Part shown: positions 37,966 to 48,100 of the stretch, in pieces
How positions within the stretch are numbered: the stretch's first letter is position 1
How the letters are laid out: the number at the start of each line of letters is the position of its first letter
DNA from: a virus
Strand: one strand, 5' to 3'
IMG/VR virus record: IMGVR_UViG_3300032236_000656
Location: 8,694-72,693 of that record
DNA: 64,000 bases
Position numbers and translations under genes: made by a program
The notes under the pieces: model-generated
The model's input: only the letters and a program-made list of their open reading frames with translations
Told to the model about the DNA's origin: nothing
Databases searched by the model: none

Positions 37966-38271
37966 ATGATGCGTAAGATTGCTATTGCTATGCTTGGAAT
38001 TGGTGCTACTTTACTTTCAGTATTGCCCGCTGAAGCCCAGTATTATCAGCGTCGTATGGAACGAAATCGTCCAGCGCCTAGATATTATGCTCCCCGTCCC
38101 CATTATGCTCCCCAGAGAAATTGGGTTCCATATGCTGTTGGAGCACTGGGTGCAATCGTTGCAGGGTCCTATTTTTATAATCGTTATGGCGAAACTTGCC
38201 AGAGAATTGTTGTTGGGCATGAGTGGAATGGTTACAATTATGCCCCCGTTACAGAAGTGGTGTGTAATTAA
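37966..38271 (+). CDS. Small exported protein
   Basis: Signal peptide ending PAEA, Arg/Tyr/Pro-rich segment, Gly-zipper helix, two Cys. Confidence 0.65.
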   Translation: MMRKIAIAMLGIGATLLSVLPAEAQYYQRRMERNRPAPRYYAPRPHYAPQRNWVPYAVGALGAIVAGSYFYNRYGETCQRIVVGHEWNGYNYAPVTEVVCN

Positions 38272-38672
38272 TGTTTGGTTGGTTTAATAAAAAGAAAGAA
38301 GAGACTAAGGTAGAGGAAACGCCTATTCAGCAGGCAGATCCACAAAAGGTTAAAAAGCCTCGTAAGCCCAAAGCCAAGAAAGAAAAAGCAGTTCCGCCTC
38401 CAAAAGCAGAACCTAAAGTAGATATTCTAAAGTTTGATTTCGATCCATCCAATCCTAAACTTGGATCTATTGAACTTGATTGGAATAGTGAATTCGTTGA
38501 ATTGCTGACTAAGCATGGGTATTTTGGTAATAGTGAAGAAGAAATCGTCGACAAATGGTTAAACGACGTTTGTAGAACTATTATAACAAATCAATATCCA
38601 GGTATGCCCATTAGTCCAGCAGCCATTGTTAATAAGAAAGATATTGGTAAAGGTAAGACTGAAATATCATGA
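38271..38672 (+). CDS. Hypothetical phage protein
   Basis: ELDWNSEFV...IVDKW segment; coupled ORF. Confidence 0.65.
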   Translation: MFGWFNKKKEETKVEETPIQQADPQKVKKPRKPKAKKEKAVPPPKAEPKVDILKFDFDPSNPKLGSIELDWNSEFVELLTKHGYFGNSEEEIVDKWLNDVCRTIITNQYPGMPISPAAIVNKKDIGKGKTEIS

Positions 38673-39331
38673 TATATGTAAACGGGGATGGTTTTGCTGC
38701 TGCAAGTTATAGTGCATCAAATTATAGTTGGGCAAGCCAAGATCCTGCTTACAAAGTAAAAGGGTATAGTTTACATCCTAATAATCATGATGTCAGTTTT
38801 GCAAAACATTTAAATCTAATCTTTCATGAAGATTTACGCAATGATGCCAGTGAACAAAATAACTGGCGTAAAATAATAAGAGACACATTAGAAGTAATAG
38901 AAACCAATGATGTAAATTATCTTGTTATTACATGGCCTAATTTTTTCAAAGGTGAAATTACATTTAACGATAGACTTATTTCATTTAATTTTAAAGAATC
39001 TGATAATGTTGATTTACCAATTGAATTACGCAATGCCATGCACGAATATTTCAAAACATTTGACTTAAAAAATGAACAAATTGATTTCATTAATGAAGTT
39101 AACAAACTAACAGATCGCTTAAATGAACGGAAAATAAAACATTCGTTCATTATGGGAAATGTTCTTCTCACCAATCCAAACTTAAAGAAAGATAAATGGA
39201 TGTTTGATCCATATACCCAAAATATCAAAGAGTGGGCCAGAAATAAATTCTTAAATAACTTTGAATACATTACAGCCAATGGCCATGCTGAATTGGCCAA
39301 ATTAATAACTTCACACTTGACAAACCAGTAA
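38669..39331 (+). CDS. Degenerate SGNH-hydrolase-like protein
   Basis: YVNGDGF resembles block I (GDS) without the Ser; C-terminal ANGHAELA. Confidence 0.4.
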   Translation: MIYVNGDGFAAASYSASNYSWASQDPAYKVKGYSLHPNNHDVSFAKHLNLIFHEDLRNDASEQNNWRKIIRDTLEVIETNDVNYLVITWPNFFKGEITFNDRLISFNFKESDNVDLPIELRNAMHEYFKTFDLKNEQIDFINEVNKLTDRLNERKIKHSFIMGNVLLTNPNLKKDKWMFDPYTQNIKEWARNKFLNNFEYITANGHAELAKLITSHLTNQ

Positions 39332-39345
39332 TAGTAGCATATATT
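39317..39345 (+). promoter_or_regulatory. sigma70-type promoter
   Basis: TTGACA-17-TATATT; ATG 7 nt downstream. Confidence 0.7.
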
Positions 39346-39351
39346 AACAAT

Positions 39352-40347
39352 ATGAAATACTTGCTAGTTGACACATCAAACATGTTCTTTCGTGCCCGTC
39401 ACGTTGCTGCTCGCGGAGCAGATTCGTGGAGTAAGGTAGGAATGAGTCTTCACATCACATTCAATGCACTGTTGAAAACATGGCGGCAAGTTAAGCCAGA
39501 CCATGTTATCTTCTGTCTTGAAGCAAGGAGTTGGCGCAAGAGCCATACTGAAACTTATAAGCGTAATAGACAAGATCTTAAAGATGCCATGAGCAAGACT
39601 CAAGCAGAAGAGGATAAACTTTTTTGGGAGACATATGATGAGCTCGTTCGATGGCTTGATAGTAACACTAACTCTAGTGTTATTCGTTGTGACAATGCTG
39701 AGGCTGATGACCTCATTGCTAGATGGATTAGTCTCCATCCTAACGATGAGCATATTATTTGCAGTACTGATTCGGATTTTTATCAACTTCTAGCACCAAA
39801 CGTAACTATTGAAAATGGTGTAACTAATCAAACTATTAGACTGGATGGCTTTTATGATGATAAGGGCAAGCCAGTAATTGATAAGAAGACTAAGGAACAT
39901 AAAGTTCCTGGTGATCCTAAGTGGATCTTGTTTGAAAAGATCATGCGCGGCGACGCAACTGATAACGTATTCAGCGCATATCCAGGCGTGCGCACCAAGG
40001 GCACTGCAAAGAAAGTAGGGCTCTTGGAGGCTTTTGAAGATCGTGATAAGAAGGGCTTTGCTTGGAATAACATGATGCTCCAGCGTTGGACTGACCATGA
40101 TGGAGTTGAACATCGTGTGTTAGACAAGTATGAACAGAATAAGACATTGATTGATCTTACTTGCCAGCCTGTAGATATTAAGCAAGCCATTGATGATTAT
40201 CTTATGAGCATCACACCAAAGAATGTTAGTATGGTTGGTGCTAAGTTTATCAAGTTCTGCGGCAAGTATGATCTCGAACGTATGAGTCAAAATGCACAGG
40301 GCATAGGTGAAATACTAAGTCAAAAACTTCCTAAGGAGATAGCATGA
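39352..40347 (+). CDS. rnh: RNase H / 5'-3' flap exonuclease (T4 Rnh-like)
   Basis: LLVD, SWRK, YKRNR, EADDLIA, STDSDFYQL, GDATDNV. Confidence 0.88.
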   Translation: MKYLLVDTSNMFFRARHVAARGADSWSKVGMSLHITFNALLKTWRQVKPDHVIFCLEARSWRKSHTETYKRNRQDLKDAMSKTQAEEDKLFWETYDELVRWLDSNTNSSVIRCDNAEADDLIARWISLHPNDEHIICSTDSDFYQLLAPNVTIENGVTNQTIRLDGFYDDKGKPVIDKKTKEHKVPGDPKWILFEKIMRGDATDNVFSAYPGVRTKGTAKKVGLLEAFEDRDKKGFAWNNMMLQRWTDHDGVEHRVLDKYEQNKTLIDLTCQPVDIKQAIDDYLMSITPKNVSMVGAKFIKFCGKYDLERMSQNAQGIGEILSQKLPKEIA

Positions 40348-40556
40348 ACGATCAACCATATTCGTGGACAGTTGAACTTGTAACGGATCCTGACACAGGA
40401 GCACTTATGCTTCCATTTCCTCCAGACTTGCTAAGTCAAATGGGGTGGAGTGAAGGCACTGATCTGTCATGGATTGATAATGAGAATGGTTCTTTTACTC
40501 TTAAGAAGAAGGAAGAACTTACTGTAGTAGACACAGATCAGGACGTGGGATGTTGA
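40344..40556 (+). CDS. AbrB/MazE/SpoVT-like DNA-binding protein
   Basis: LPFPPDLLSQMGWSEGTDL swapped-hairpin pattern. Confidence 0.6.
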   Translation: MNDQPYSWTVELVTDPDTGALMLPFPPDLLSQMGWSEGTDLSWIDNENGSFTLKKKEELTVVDTDQDVGC

Positions 40557-40557
40557 T

Positions 40558-41025
40558 ATGAAAGCCAAAACAATTGTAGAAAATAAATTTTGGATTCTTG
40601 AAGAAGAAGACGGTAAGAAGATTGGAACTGTAAGTTTTAAAAATAATGCAGTCACTGCAATTATTAATGATAAGCAGCAATCTTTTAAAAATTTAGAAGA
40701 ACTTACTGCTAGATATAATATATCCTTTAATAAGAAGACTAAGCAGGCTAAGTCAACTCCTGAGATGGAAGTATACGATTTCCCAACTGCTCATACTCCA
40801 TACAATGCATTATGGCATGTTGAACGCAAGTTGCCAATCTATACCAAAACTAACAAAAGCAACAGTTATCATTGTGCTGGATACTATATCATTAAGTTTG
40901 AACATGGGTGGGTTAAGAGTTTTAGTCCAAAGTTGATTACATTGCAGCGATACGAATATCGCGGACCTTACAAGACTAAGTTTGAAATGATGGAACAATT
41001 AAGGTTGCACAATGACACAGTTTAA
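40558..41025 (+). CDS. Hypothetical protein
   Basis: Packed ORF. Confidence 0.65.
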   Translation: MKAKTIVENKFWILEEEDGKKIGTVSFKNNAVTAIINDKQQSFKNLEELTARYNISFNKKTKQAKSTPEMEVYDFPTAHTPYNALWHVERKLPIYTKTNKSNSYHCAGYYIIKFEHGWVKSFSPKLITLQRYEYRGPYKTKFEMMEQLRLHNDTV

Positions 41026-41230
41026 TGGATTTCATATTAAAAATTTCAATCAACGTGTTAAGTCCTTAATTGGTGACGGAAAAGTTGTTTTTACTCACAA
41101 AGAATGTAGAGATTTACAAGGTGAAATATTAGATTTATTAGTTCATTTACAGTCTCTTGAATCTGAAAATTCAAACTTAAAGTCACAAGCAAGCGAAATT
41201 GTAATTGAATTAGATGGGAAATCGTTTTAG
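41012..41230 (+). CDS. Hypothetical protein
   Basis: Overlap-coupled ORF. Confidence 0.6.
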   Translation: MTQFNGFHIKNFNQRVKSLIGDGKVVFTHKECRDLQGEILDLLVHLQSLESENSNLKSQASEIVIELDGKSF

Positions 41231-41285
41231 CAAAGCATCATTTTCTTATGATAAATAACTATAGTAAATCAAAGTAGCCGAGTAA

Positions 41286-41582
41286 ATGTCAAGACCTAAA
41301 CCCAATGTTCTTCTGGAACAAGCAAATAAGTTAACTTATAAGTCAGATCAAATACTGGCAAGTGAAGGCATTTGGGCTGTGTACTACGATTCAAAACCTA
41401 TCAACTTAAAGACACAAAATCTATTACAGCAATATCCAGGACCTAAGTACAAAAAAGTAAGTTTCAGTAATCCAGGTCATGCTATTAATTTGTGTAAAAA
41501 ACTTAATGCTAAGTTCAAAACAGGTAAGTTTTCTGTAGTCCTATTAAATCAAGGATCTCAGATATTTCCAACGAAACCATAA
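41286..41582 (+). CDS. Hypothetical phage protein
   Basis: After ATAAATA (41251); GPKYKKVSFSNPGHA. Confidence 0.7.
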   Translation: MSRPKPNVLLEQANKLTYKSDQILASEGIWAVYYDSKPINLKTQNLLQQYPGPKYKKVSFSNPGHAINLCKKLNAKFKTGKFSVVLLNQGSQIFPTKP

Positions 41583-41602
41583 GAACCAAACTTAGTTGGA
41601 CT

Positions 41603-41935
41603 ATGGAACTGGCGCAGTATGCTAGGGATGTCATCCCTCATCTTAAACAACTAGACCGAGGTTATCCTTTATTTTGGTGTAACCCAGATAAAGTAAATGG
41701 TTTTAGACTTACACAACGTGGGTTTGATATTATGGTTGAACGTGGTTATAAGCATTATAATTTCCGTGTTGACAGACTTACTTCTCCAGACATCATTCTA
41801 ATGGATCAAAAAATTATGCATCCTTGGTTTTTATCTGGAATGGGTTCTCTTAATTTCTTTTATGAACCAATGGCAATTGCAATGGGATTATCAAATAATA
41901 ATGTTGACAGTGCTGTTAATTTAGTGTATTGTTAA
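41603..41935 (+). CDS. Hypothetical protein
   Basis: Packed ORF. Confidence 0.6.
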   Translation: MELAQYARDVIPHLKQLDRGYPLFWCNPDKVNGFRLTQRGFDIMVERGYKHYNFRVDRLTSPDIILMDQKIMHPWFLSGMGSLNFFYEPMAIAMGLSNNNVDSAVNLVYC

Positions 41936-42020
41936 ATAGTTAGCGTAAAGAAAATAATGCTTAACGGGGTTGAACGCCATAAATAGTTTCGTGTGCGGTC
42001 ATGGTTAACTGCACAAATAA

Positions 42021-42095
42021 GCGGGTGTAGCTCAGCGGTAGAGCTTCTGCCTTCCAAGCAGAATGTCGAGAGTTCGATCCTCTTCGCCCGCTCCA
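42021..42095 (+). tRNA. tRNA-Gly(TCC)
   Basis: Acceptor GCGGGTG/CGCCCGC, D-arm GCTC/GAGC, anticodon loop CTTCCAA, T-loop TTCGATC, encoded CCA. Confidence 0.95.
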
Positions 42096-42126
42096 ATTTA
42101 TTCGACCAACATAAGGAACAGTGAAA

Positions 42127-42390
42127 ATGTCAAGCAAAACTACTCCAAATTGGTCGCAACGTCTTGAAGAGCGTCGTCCAACTTCAGTTGTCTATACTAG
42201 GAAGAATACTTCATTGGAAGATTGGACACGTATGGTCATTGAAGAACTAGAAAAGCGATCTTTGGTTGATTTCAAACTGAATACACTGTCGACCAAACAT
42301 GCATGGGAAGGGGATGCTACACCTTCAAGTTATGCTTACACCCTGTGGCAACGCGAAGTTCGTGCTGAAGACAAGCGCCGTAATCCGTAA
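42127..42390 (+). CDS. Hypothetical protein
   Basis: SD AAGGA upstream. Confidence 0.55.
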   Translation: MSSKTTPNWSQRLEERRPTSVVYTRKNTSLEDWTRMVIEELEKRSLVDFKLNTLSTKHAWEGDATPSSYAYTLWQREVRAEDKRRNP

Positions 42391-42502
42391 CATATATGTA
42401 ACAATTGTAATAGTATTTGTTACAGTTGGGCTGCTTTTTTGGGCAAGATTTGGACAAGAAATCTACTGGGATCTGCTAGTTCTTGCTCAAATGTGCTTCT
42501 AA
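42362..42502 (+). CDS. Small membrane protein
   Basis: Single TM helix; start uncertain. Confidence 0.35.
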   Translation: MLKTSAVIRNIYVTIVIVFVTVGLLFWARFGQEIYWDLLVLAQMCF

Positions 42503-42531
42503 TTCAATGACTTAGCACAAAATCTTTTTGG

Positions 42532-42559
42532 TTGACGTATCCCCTATTGGTGCTATTAT
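42532..42559 (+). promoter_or_regulatory. sigma70-type (early) promoter
   Basis: TTGACG-16-TATTAT with extended TG; ATG 7 nt downstream. Confidence 0.65.
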
Positions 42560-42565
42560 AAGTGT

Positions 42566-42892
42566 ATGATACAGAGAAAGAAGCGCACTGACCGTAACCA
42601 CATTGTGTACCAAATTACCGTAAAAGGTAAGTTGTACATCGGTGTCACTGCTAAGACTCAAAGCACTGTGGACAAGAGCGTCCGTAGCCGTGTTGCCAAG
42701 CACTTCTATCGTGCTCAAAAGGAAGGACTCAACTGGCTGCTTTGCAAAGCACTTCGCACCTTAGAGTGCAAAGAAGACATCGAATACGCTGTACTTGCTG
42801 TCATCCGCGGTAAGACGGCAGCACATGACTATGAACGCGAACTCATTCGTAAGATGAAGCCGGCGCTCAATTCTGACAAGCGAGGAGCATAA
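42566..42892 (+). CDS. GIY-YIG-family nuclease domain protein
   Basis: IVYQI...LYIGVT, R..KH, ERELI, LN motifs. Confidence 0.65.
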   Translation: MIQRKKRTDRNHIVYQITVKGKLYIGVTAKTQSTVDKSVRSRVAKHFYRAQKEGLNWLLCKALRTLECKEDIEYAVLAVIRGKTAAHDYERELIRKMKPALNSDKRGA

Positions 42893-42893
42893 T

Positions 42894-43586
42894 ATGGCTA
42901 AACGTAAACGCATCACTGAAACCGTTGTTAATTACCTCATCGAGGATGTTTTTGCTGCGGCAGTTGCTGCCCAAAGAGCAAACGAATGTTATGTTAGTAA
43001 TAGCACAGGTGCTAATACCCCTAATAAAATGCACAATCGTTCTATTATGAACATCATTCTTAATAAGAGCAATCTAGAGGATTTTGATACTTGCGAAGCA
43101 GACTATGTCCGCGCTCGTGAGATTATCGAATATTATAAGAGTAAGACATTGGAAATTATGAGTGGCAAAGCCAATGCTTATACTATGAGTGCTGCTAATG
43201 CTGCTTATAAAGAATCAGTTGCATCTAATGATCAATTGACCATGGGTCTAATTGCTTCCCTGCCAAATGCGTGGGAGCGTTCTACTGCTTATGATAAGAC
43301 ATGGGATCGAGTTGACGAACTTAAGCGTAAGTCAACTCATTTCGATTCGGTTGGAGATAAGTTTGAAGGAACAGTCGAAATTCTTTCTTGTATCTACAGC
43401 AAGAATTGGTTCAAGTACTATACAACAGCATTGACATCTGCAGGAAATGTAGTAAACTTTGCCGGTGATCACGAATTTAAGCAGGGGCAAATAGTTGAAA
43501 TTACCACTGCTAAAATTAAGCAACATGCTGCGGAAAATATCACCCGCTTGCATTATGTGAGAACAAAGGTTGACAAAGAAGCGTAA
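42894..43586 (+). CDS. Hypothetical protein with a possible C-terminal OB fold
   Basis: SD GAGGAG; beta-rich C-terminus. Confidence 0.6.
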   Translation: MAKRKRITETVVNYLIEDVFAAAVAAQRANECYVSNSTGANTPNKMHNRSIMNIILNKSNLEDFDTCEADYVRAREIIEYYKSKTLEIMSGKANAYTMSAANAAYKESVASNDQLTMGLIASLPNAWERSTAYDKTWDRVDELKRKSTHFDSVGDKFEGTVEILSCIYSKNWFKYYTTALTSAGNVVNFAGDHEFKQGQIVEITTAKIKQHAAENITRLHYVRTKVDKEA

Positions 43587-43597
43587 GAGTATATAGT
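43570..43597 (+). promoter_or_regulatory. sigma70-type promoter
   Basis: TTGACA-16-TATAGT upstream of SD GGAGGT. Confidence 0.55.
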
Positions 43598-43631
43598 AAC
43601 AATATAGACATTAACAACTTGGAGGTGCCAA

Positions 43632-44762
43632 ATGTCGAAGAATAAGATGAGTGATTCCCTTACTGAAACCCGCAGTGTTACACTTGATGCTGCAAAGCGT
43701 GAACTTAAAGTTGCAATGCGTCGTAAGCGTCCTGTGTTCCTTTGGGGACCTCCAGGTATTGGCAAGTCAGAACTAGTTGCTGATATTTGTCAGGAACTGA
43801 AAGGCAAGTTGTATGATCTGCGTCTTGCACTCATGGATCCATCAGATCTTAAGGGTGTGCTGTATTACAACACCGAGCAGCATACTGCTACTTGGAGTGC
43901 CCCGCCTGATCTGCCTACTATGGAGGAAGCCGCTAAGTATCCAGTTGTTGTCTTGTTCCTCGATGAGATGAATAGTGCTCCGCCCGCAACGCAGGCCGCT
44001 GCTTATCAGTTGATTCTCAATCGTCGTGTTGGTACTTATGTACTGCCTGATAATGTTGTAGTAGTTGCTGCTGGTAACCGTGATACTGATCGTGGTGTTA
44101 CATATCGTATGCCAGCCCCGCTTGCTAACCGCTTTATCCATCTCACACTTCGTCCAGATTTTGAGACTTGGCAGACTTGGGCTATTGAGCATAAGATCCA
44201 TCCCGATGTTGTTGGTTACATTACTGCCAACAAGGTTGATCTGTTTAACTTCGATGCTAAGATGAGTGGTCAGAGTTTTGCTACTCCGCGTTCGTGGTCG
44301 TTTGTTAGCGAACTGCTTACTGAAGATAGCATCAATGAGATTGAACTTACTGATCTTGTCTCAGGTACTGTTGGTGAGGGTATTGCTCTTAAGTTTAACG
44401 CACACCGTAAGGTCAGTGCTAACATGCCTAACCCTACCCACATTCTTGAGGGCAAGGTTAAGGAACTTAAGAACAAGGACATTGCGGCTTGCTACTCGCT
44501 GACAGTTGCTCTGTGCTACGAACTTAAGGAATGCTGGGACAGGAATCATAATACCGATAAGGGCAATGATTTCTTCCACGCACAGTTTGATAATGTGCTC
44601 AGGTTCATTATGGATAACCTCGGTGTTGAGTTGCAGGTTATGCTCGTACATGCTGCACTAACTACTTACAAGATGACCTTTAAGGCATCGAAGTTGAAGA
44701 ACTTCCAGGAGTTCAATAAGGGTGCGGGCAAGCACGTTGTTGCTGCGGTGCAGGACCGCTAG
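43632..44762 (+). CDS. MoxR-like AAA+ ATPase
   Basis: GPPGIGKS, LFLDEMN, AAGNR, PLANRF, TPRSW. Confidence 0.85.
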   Translation: MSKNKMSDSLTETRSVTLDAAKRELKVAMRRKRPVFLWGPPGIGKSELVADICQELKGKLYDLRLALMDPSDLKGVLYYNTEQHTATWSAPPDLPTMEEAAKYPVVVLFLDEMNSAPPATQAAAYQLILNRRVGTYVLPDNVVVVAAGNRDTDRGVTYRMPAPLANRFIHLTLRPDFETWQTWAIEHKIHPDVVGYITANKVDLFNFDAKMSGQSFATPRSWSFVSELLTEDSINEIELTDLVSGTVGEGIALKFNAHRKVSANMPNPTHILEGKVKELKNKDIAACYSLTVALCYELKECWDRNHNTDKGNDFFHAQFDNVLRFIMDNLGVELQVMLVHAALTTYKMTFKASKLKNFQEFNKGAGKHVVAAVQDR

Positions 44763-44807
44763 TAGAATTTACTGGGGGCGGCACCTCCAGTAACTGCCCT
44801 CAGTAAT

Positions 44808-44839
44808 GGAAAAGCCCTGCATAATAGCAGGGCTTTTTT
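44808..44839. terminator. Bidirectional intrinsic terminator at the strand switch
   Basis: AAAAGCCCTGC-ATAATA-GCAGGGCTTTTTT between convergent blocks. Confidence 0.85.
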
Positions 44840-44861
44840 GTCTGTTTAGCAGTGCCTAAAA

Positions 44862-45119
44862 TTACTTAGTATCAATAACTGTAATATCAGCATCAATCAC
44901 ATCTGGATTGGGATCTGCTATCTCGGTTAACCAAGGATTATCATTTCCTAAACTATGCTGTACTGCCATTACAATCATACCATTGTATGTGAATACATGG
45001 CCTAGATCGCCTGTCATTCTAGCACATCTATCCAATGCTTCATTCATAGTTGGTAAGTTTACTTGATAAAAGTGAGTATGAGACGGAAACATATTGTCTA
45101 ACTCGTCGAATAGTGCCAT
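44862..45119 (-). CDS. Hypothetical late protein
   Basis: ATAAATA and SD AGGAG before MALFDELD. Confidence 0.65.
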   Translation of the reverse strand: MALFDELDNMFPSHTHFYQVNLPTMNEALDRCARMTGDLGHVFTYNGMIVMAVQHSLGNDNPWLTEIADPNPDVIDADITVIDTK

Positions 45120-45142
45120 TTTAATTCTCCTGTTGTATTTAT

Positions 45143-48100
45143 TTAATTCCAAAACTGAATTGGTGCAACAGTTTTGGCAGCAACATCAATCACGCCTTTG
45201 CCTAATGCCGCAGTTTGAAATTTAGTTACTATTCCTTGTGTAGCATCAAAGTATAACGGTTCGTTAGTAGACCCTATAAGAGAACTTCCATTTAGTAATG
45301 TAGCATAGTATAAGTTCTCTCTAGTATTAGTTGGCGGCATATTAGTTCTTATCAATGATTGAGGAATTACTTCTGGATCCCAAAGAGTTGCAGTCCAAAT
45401 ATTATTGATGTTTAAGTTCGTAAGATAAGTTGAAGCCAGCGATACAATGAAACTGGTTGTAGTAGATACTATAGTTGAATTGATAGGTGCAAGTGCCTGA
45501 TTGTTTGTGATACTGTCTGTCAGTAATAGATAATCATTGACCTTTGGCGGTACATTTCCAGCGACACTTGTGCTTGCTGTTGTTGTTACAGTACCAACAT
45601 TCGTAATAATATTATTTGGGGTATTATATGTTGTTGTCACTGAAGTTGTATTAGTAATAGGGAAGGTATTAATACTTTTATCAATGATTGTAGCATCTTG
45701 TAATGTTAATAATGATACATTAGATGCTGATGCGCCTTGGCTGGTTGTTGTTAAAGGACCACTCGGTGTAAAGTTTTGAGTATATAATGCTTGGCCCTTC
45801 ACAATACGGAAGTTTGAAATATAACCTGGAAAATTCCAAACAGGACTTGCAGAATCACCATTTGCACCAATGATAATGTTTTCAGTACTAGCAGGCGGTG
45901 TTCCATTTGCGGCAGGATTACTCTGTTGATAACCATTGATATAAAGATACCAAGTTGAGCCACTTCTGACCCAAGCAACATGGGTCCAAGTATTAAGAGA
46001 AGCAGCACCAGCATAACTTCCTGATGCTAATATACTGTTACTTACTTGAATATACCCATCTGCCCCAACTGTTATTAACCAAGATCTACCATTAGCTAAT
46101 CTATATTGTCCAGTTAATCCAAATGGAGCACCTGTAAAAGATGTTGGATACATCCAAAATTCAAGAGTAAAATCATTAGCATAACCAGCAACACCAGCAG
46201 CATTGGGTGCATAAAGATATTGACTAGAACCATTAAATGAACCGTAATATGTCGGTGATGATGGATTCATATATGTTATTAAATAATAAAAGGCATTATC
46301 AATAAAGGTTGAATTCTGTAAAGTTAGTAGGCTAGTTTCAGAACCAGTTAATGCTAAAACATTAGTTCTAGTATTCTGTGTGATACTTAATGGACCTTGA
46401 GGAGTAAAGTTACCAGTATATGCTGCTACACCTTTAACTATGCGAAGGTTTGAGACGTAACCATTAAGTTGGTAATTCACGTTAGCTGCGGTATCATAAC
46501 CAATAGCAAGTGTAACAGCACTAGCAGTTGGTAGTGTAATGGCCGTTGGCCCTCCACTTAGAGTACCGTTAATATATATACTTGCAGTTCCAGCAGTACA
46601 AACTACAGCAACATGGTACCAAATATTTGTTGTAATAGCTGAGGTAGCACTAGTAACACCAGGCGGCGAACCGTTTGGAACATATGCACTAATTGTTCCA
46701 CCTGGGTTAAGAGCAACATAAAATGAGTTAGCAGTACCATTAGTGCCAAATAGTAGAATACGACATTGATTTCCTGCTGTAACATTAGTTAAAGTGTAAA
46801 ACCAAAATTCTATAGTCCAAGTACCACTAGAAAGATCAAATGCCAAAGAAGATGGAATAGTTAATCTATTAGCATTAAAAACACCGTAATAAGTAGGACC
46901 CAGCGTCATATAATTAACATTACTAACGGCATTATTAAATGATAATAAAGTATTGGTTCCGCTTGTAATTTGAGAAACTGGTGTTGGATAAAGTATAGCA
47001 GGTTTTGGACTTGCTTGTCCTACAATAATATCATATACAGTTTTATTAGTATTGTCATACCAATATGTTCCATCAATAATTGAAAGTTTATCAGCAGCAG
47101 GAGTATCAAATGTTTGATTTTTTGTTGCTGGTTCTTTAAATTTAGTAATCGAAGTGACTGCTCTATTATCATTTATAGTTACTGGAGATTCAAATGGAAA
47201 TCTTCTGCCATATCTACCTCTTGCTAAAGTAGTATAATATAAATTCTCACGAGCATTTTGTGGACTTAAGTTTGTTAACACATTTGACTGTGCATACAAA
47301 TCAGGTTCCCAAATTTGATATGTCCAACTATTCGCAGTATTTAAATTTGAAATATCAGATGATGCTAAGGTGATTGAAATTTGTGTAGAAGTTACTATTG
47401 TTTGATCAGTTGCTAATGTACTTGGGAAACTTCTGCCAGTTCCCCACATAATTCTAACTGCACCAACACCCGCTGTTCCTGGAGATCCAGCGCCGCCTTG
47501 GTTATCAGTTGATCCAGCGCCACCACCGTATGTCCCGCCACTACCGCCGCTGTGTGTTCCATTAGGTACAGTTACCGAAGCCGTGCCACCAGAGCCGCCA
47601 ACACCGCCGCCGCCATTAGCTGGATAAGTTGTACCTGTTGCAACTGCACCTCCTGTACCATTTGTGATACTTGCTGGCGCGACTCCAACACCACCACCAC
47701 CACCACCACTGCCGTAAGGAGCAGCGCCTGCGGGATTAGTGCCACCGCCTGCGCCGCCACCGCCACCGCCTCCAGTACTTGCTGCGCCCGCTGTAACAGT
47801 ACCCGTAGAGTATGCACCATTGCCGCCGTTGCCGCCTGCGCCATTGTAGCCGCCAGCGCCGCCGCCGCCGCCACTACCAATGCCACCCGATGCAGTACCA
47901 CCAGTACCACCGCTTCCGCCGCCAAATGTTCCATAGGCATTAGAGGCTGTGAACGTTCCTCCTGCCGCAGTACCTGTGTTAAGAATACCGCCACCACCAC
48001 CACCACCAAATACAGTAGTATTGTTAATGAAATAACTGTCCCCGCCGGGAGAAGCATTTGCGGCGCCGTTTTGTACAGGTCCTCCACCACCAACAACAAC

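Noticed and set aside
40344-40556. Toxin-antitoxin pair
   Set aside because: AbrB-like gene present, but the downstream ORF shows no PIN, MazF or RelE motifs
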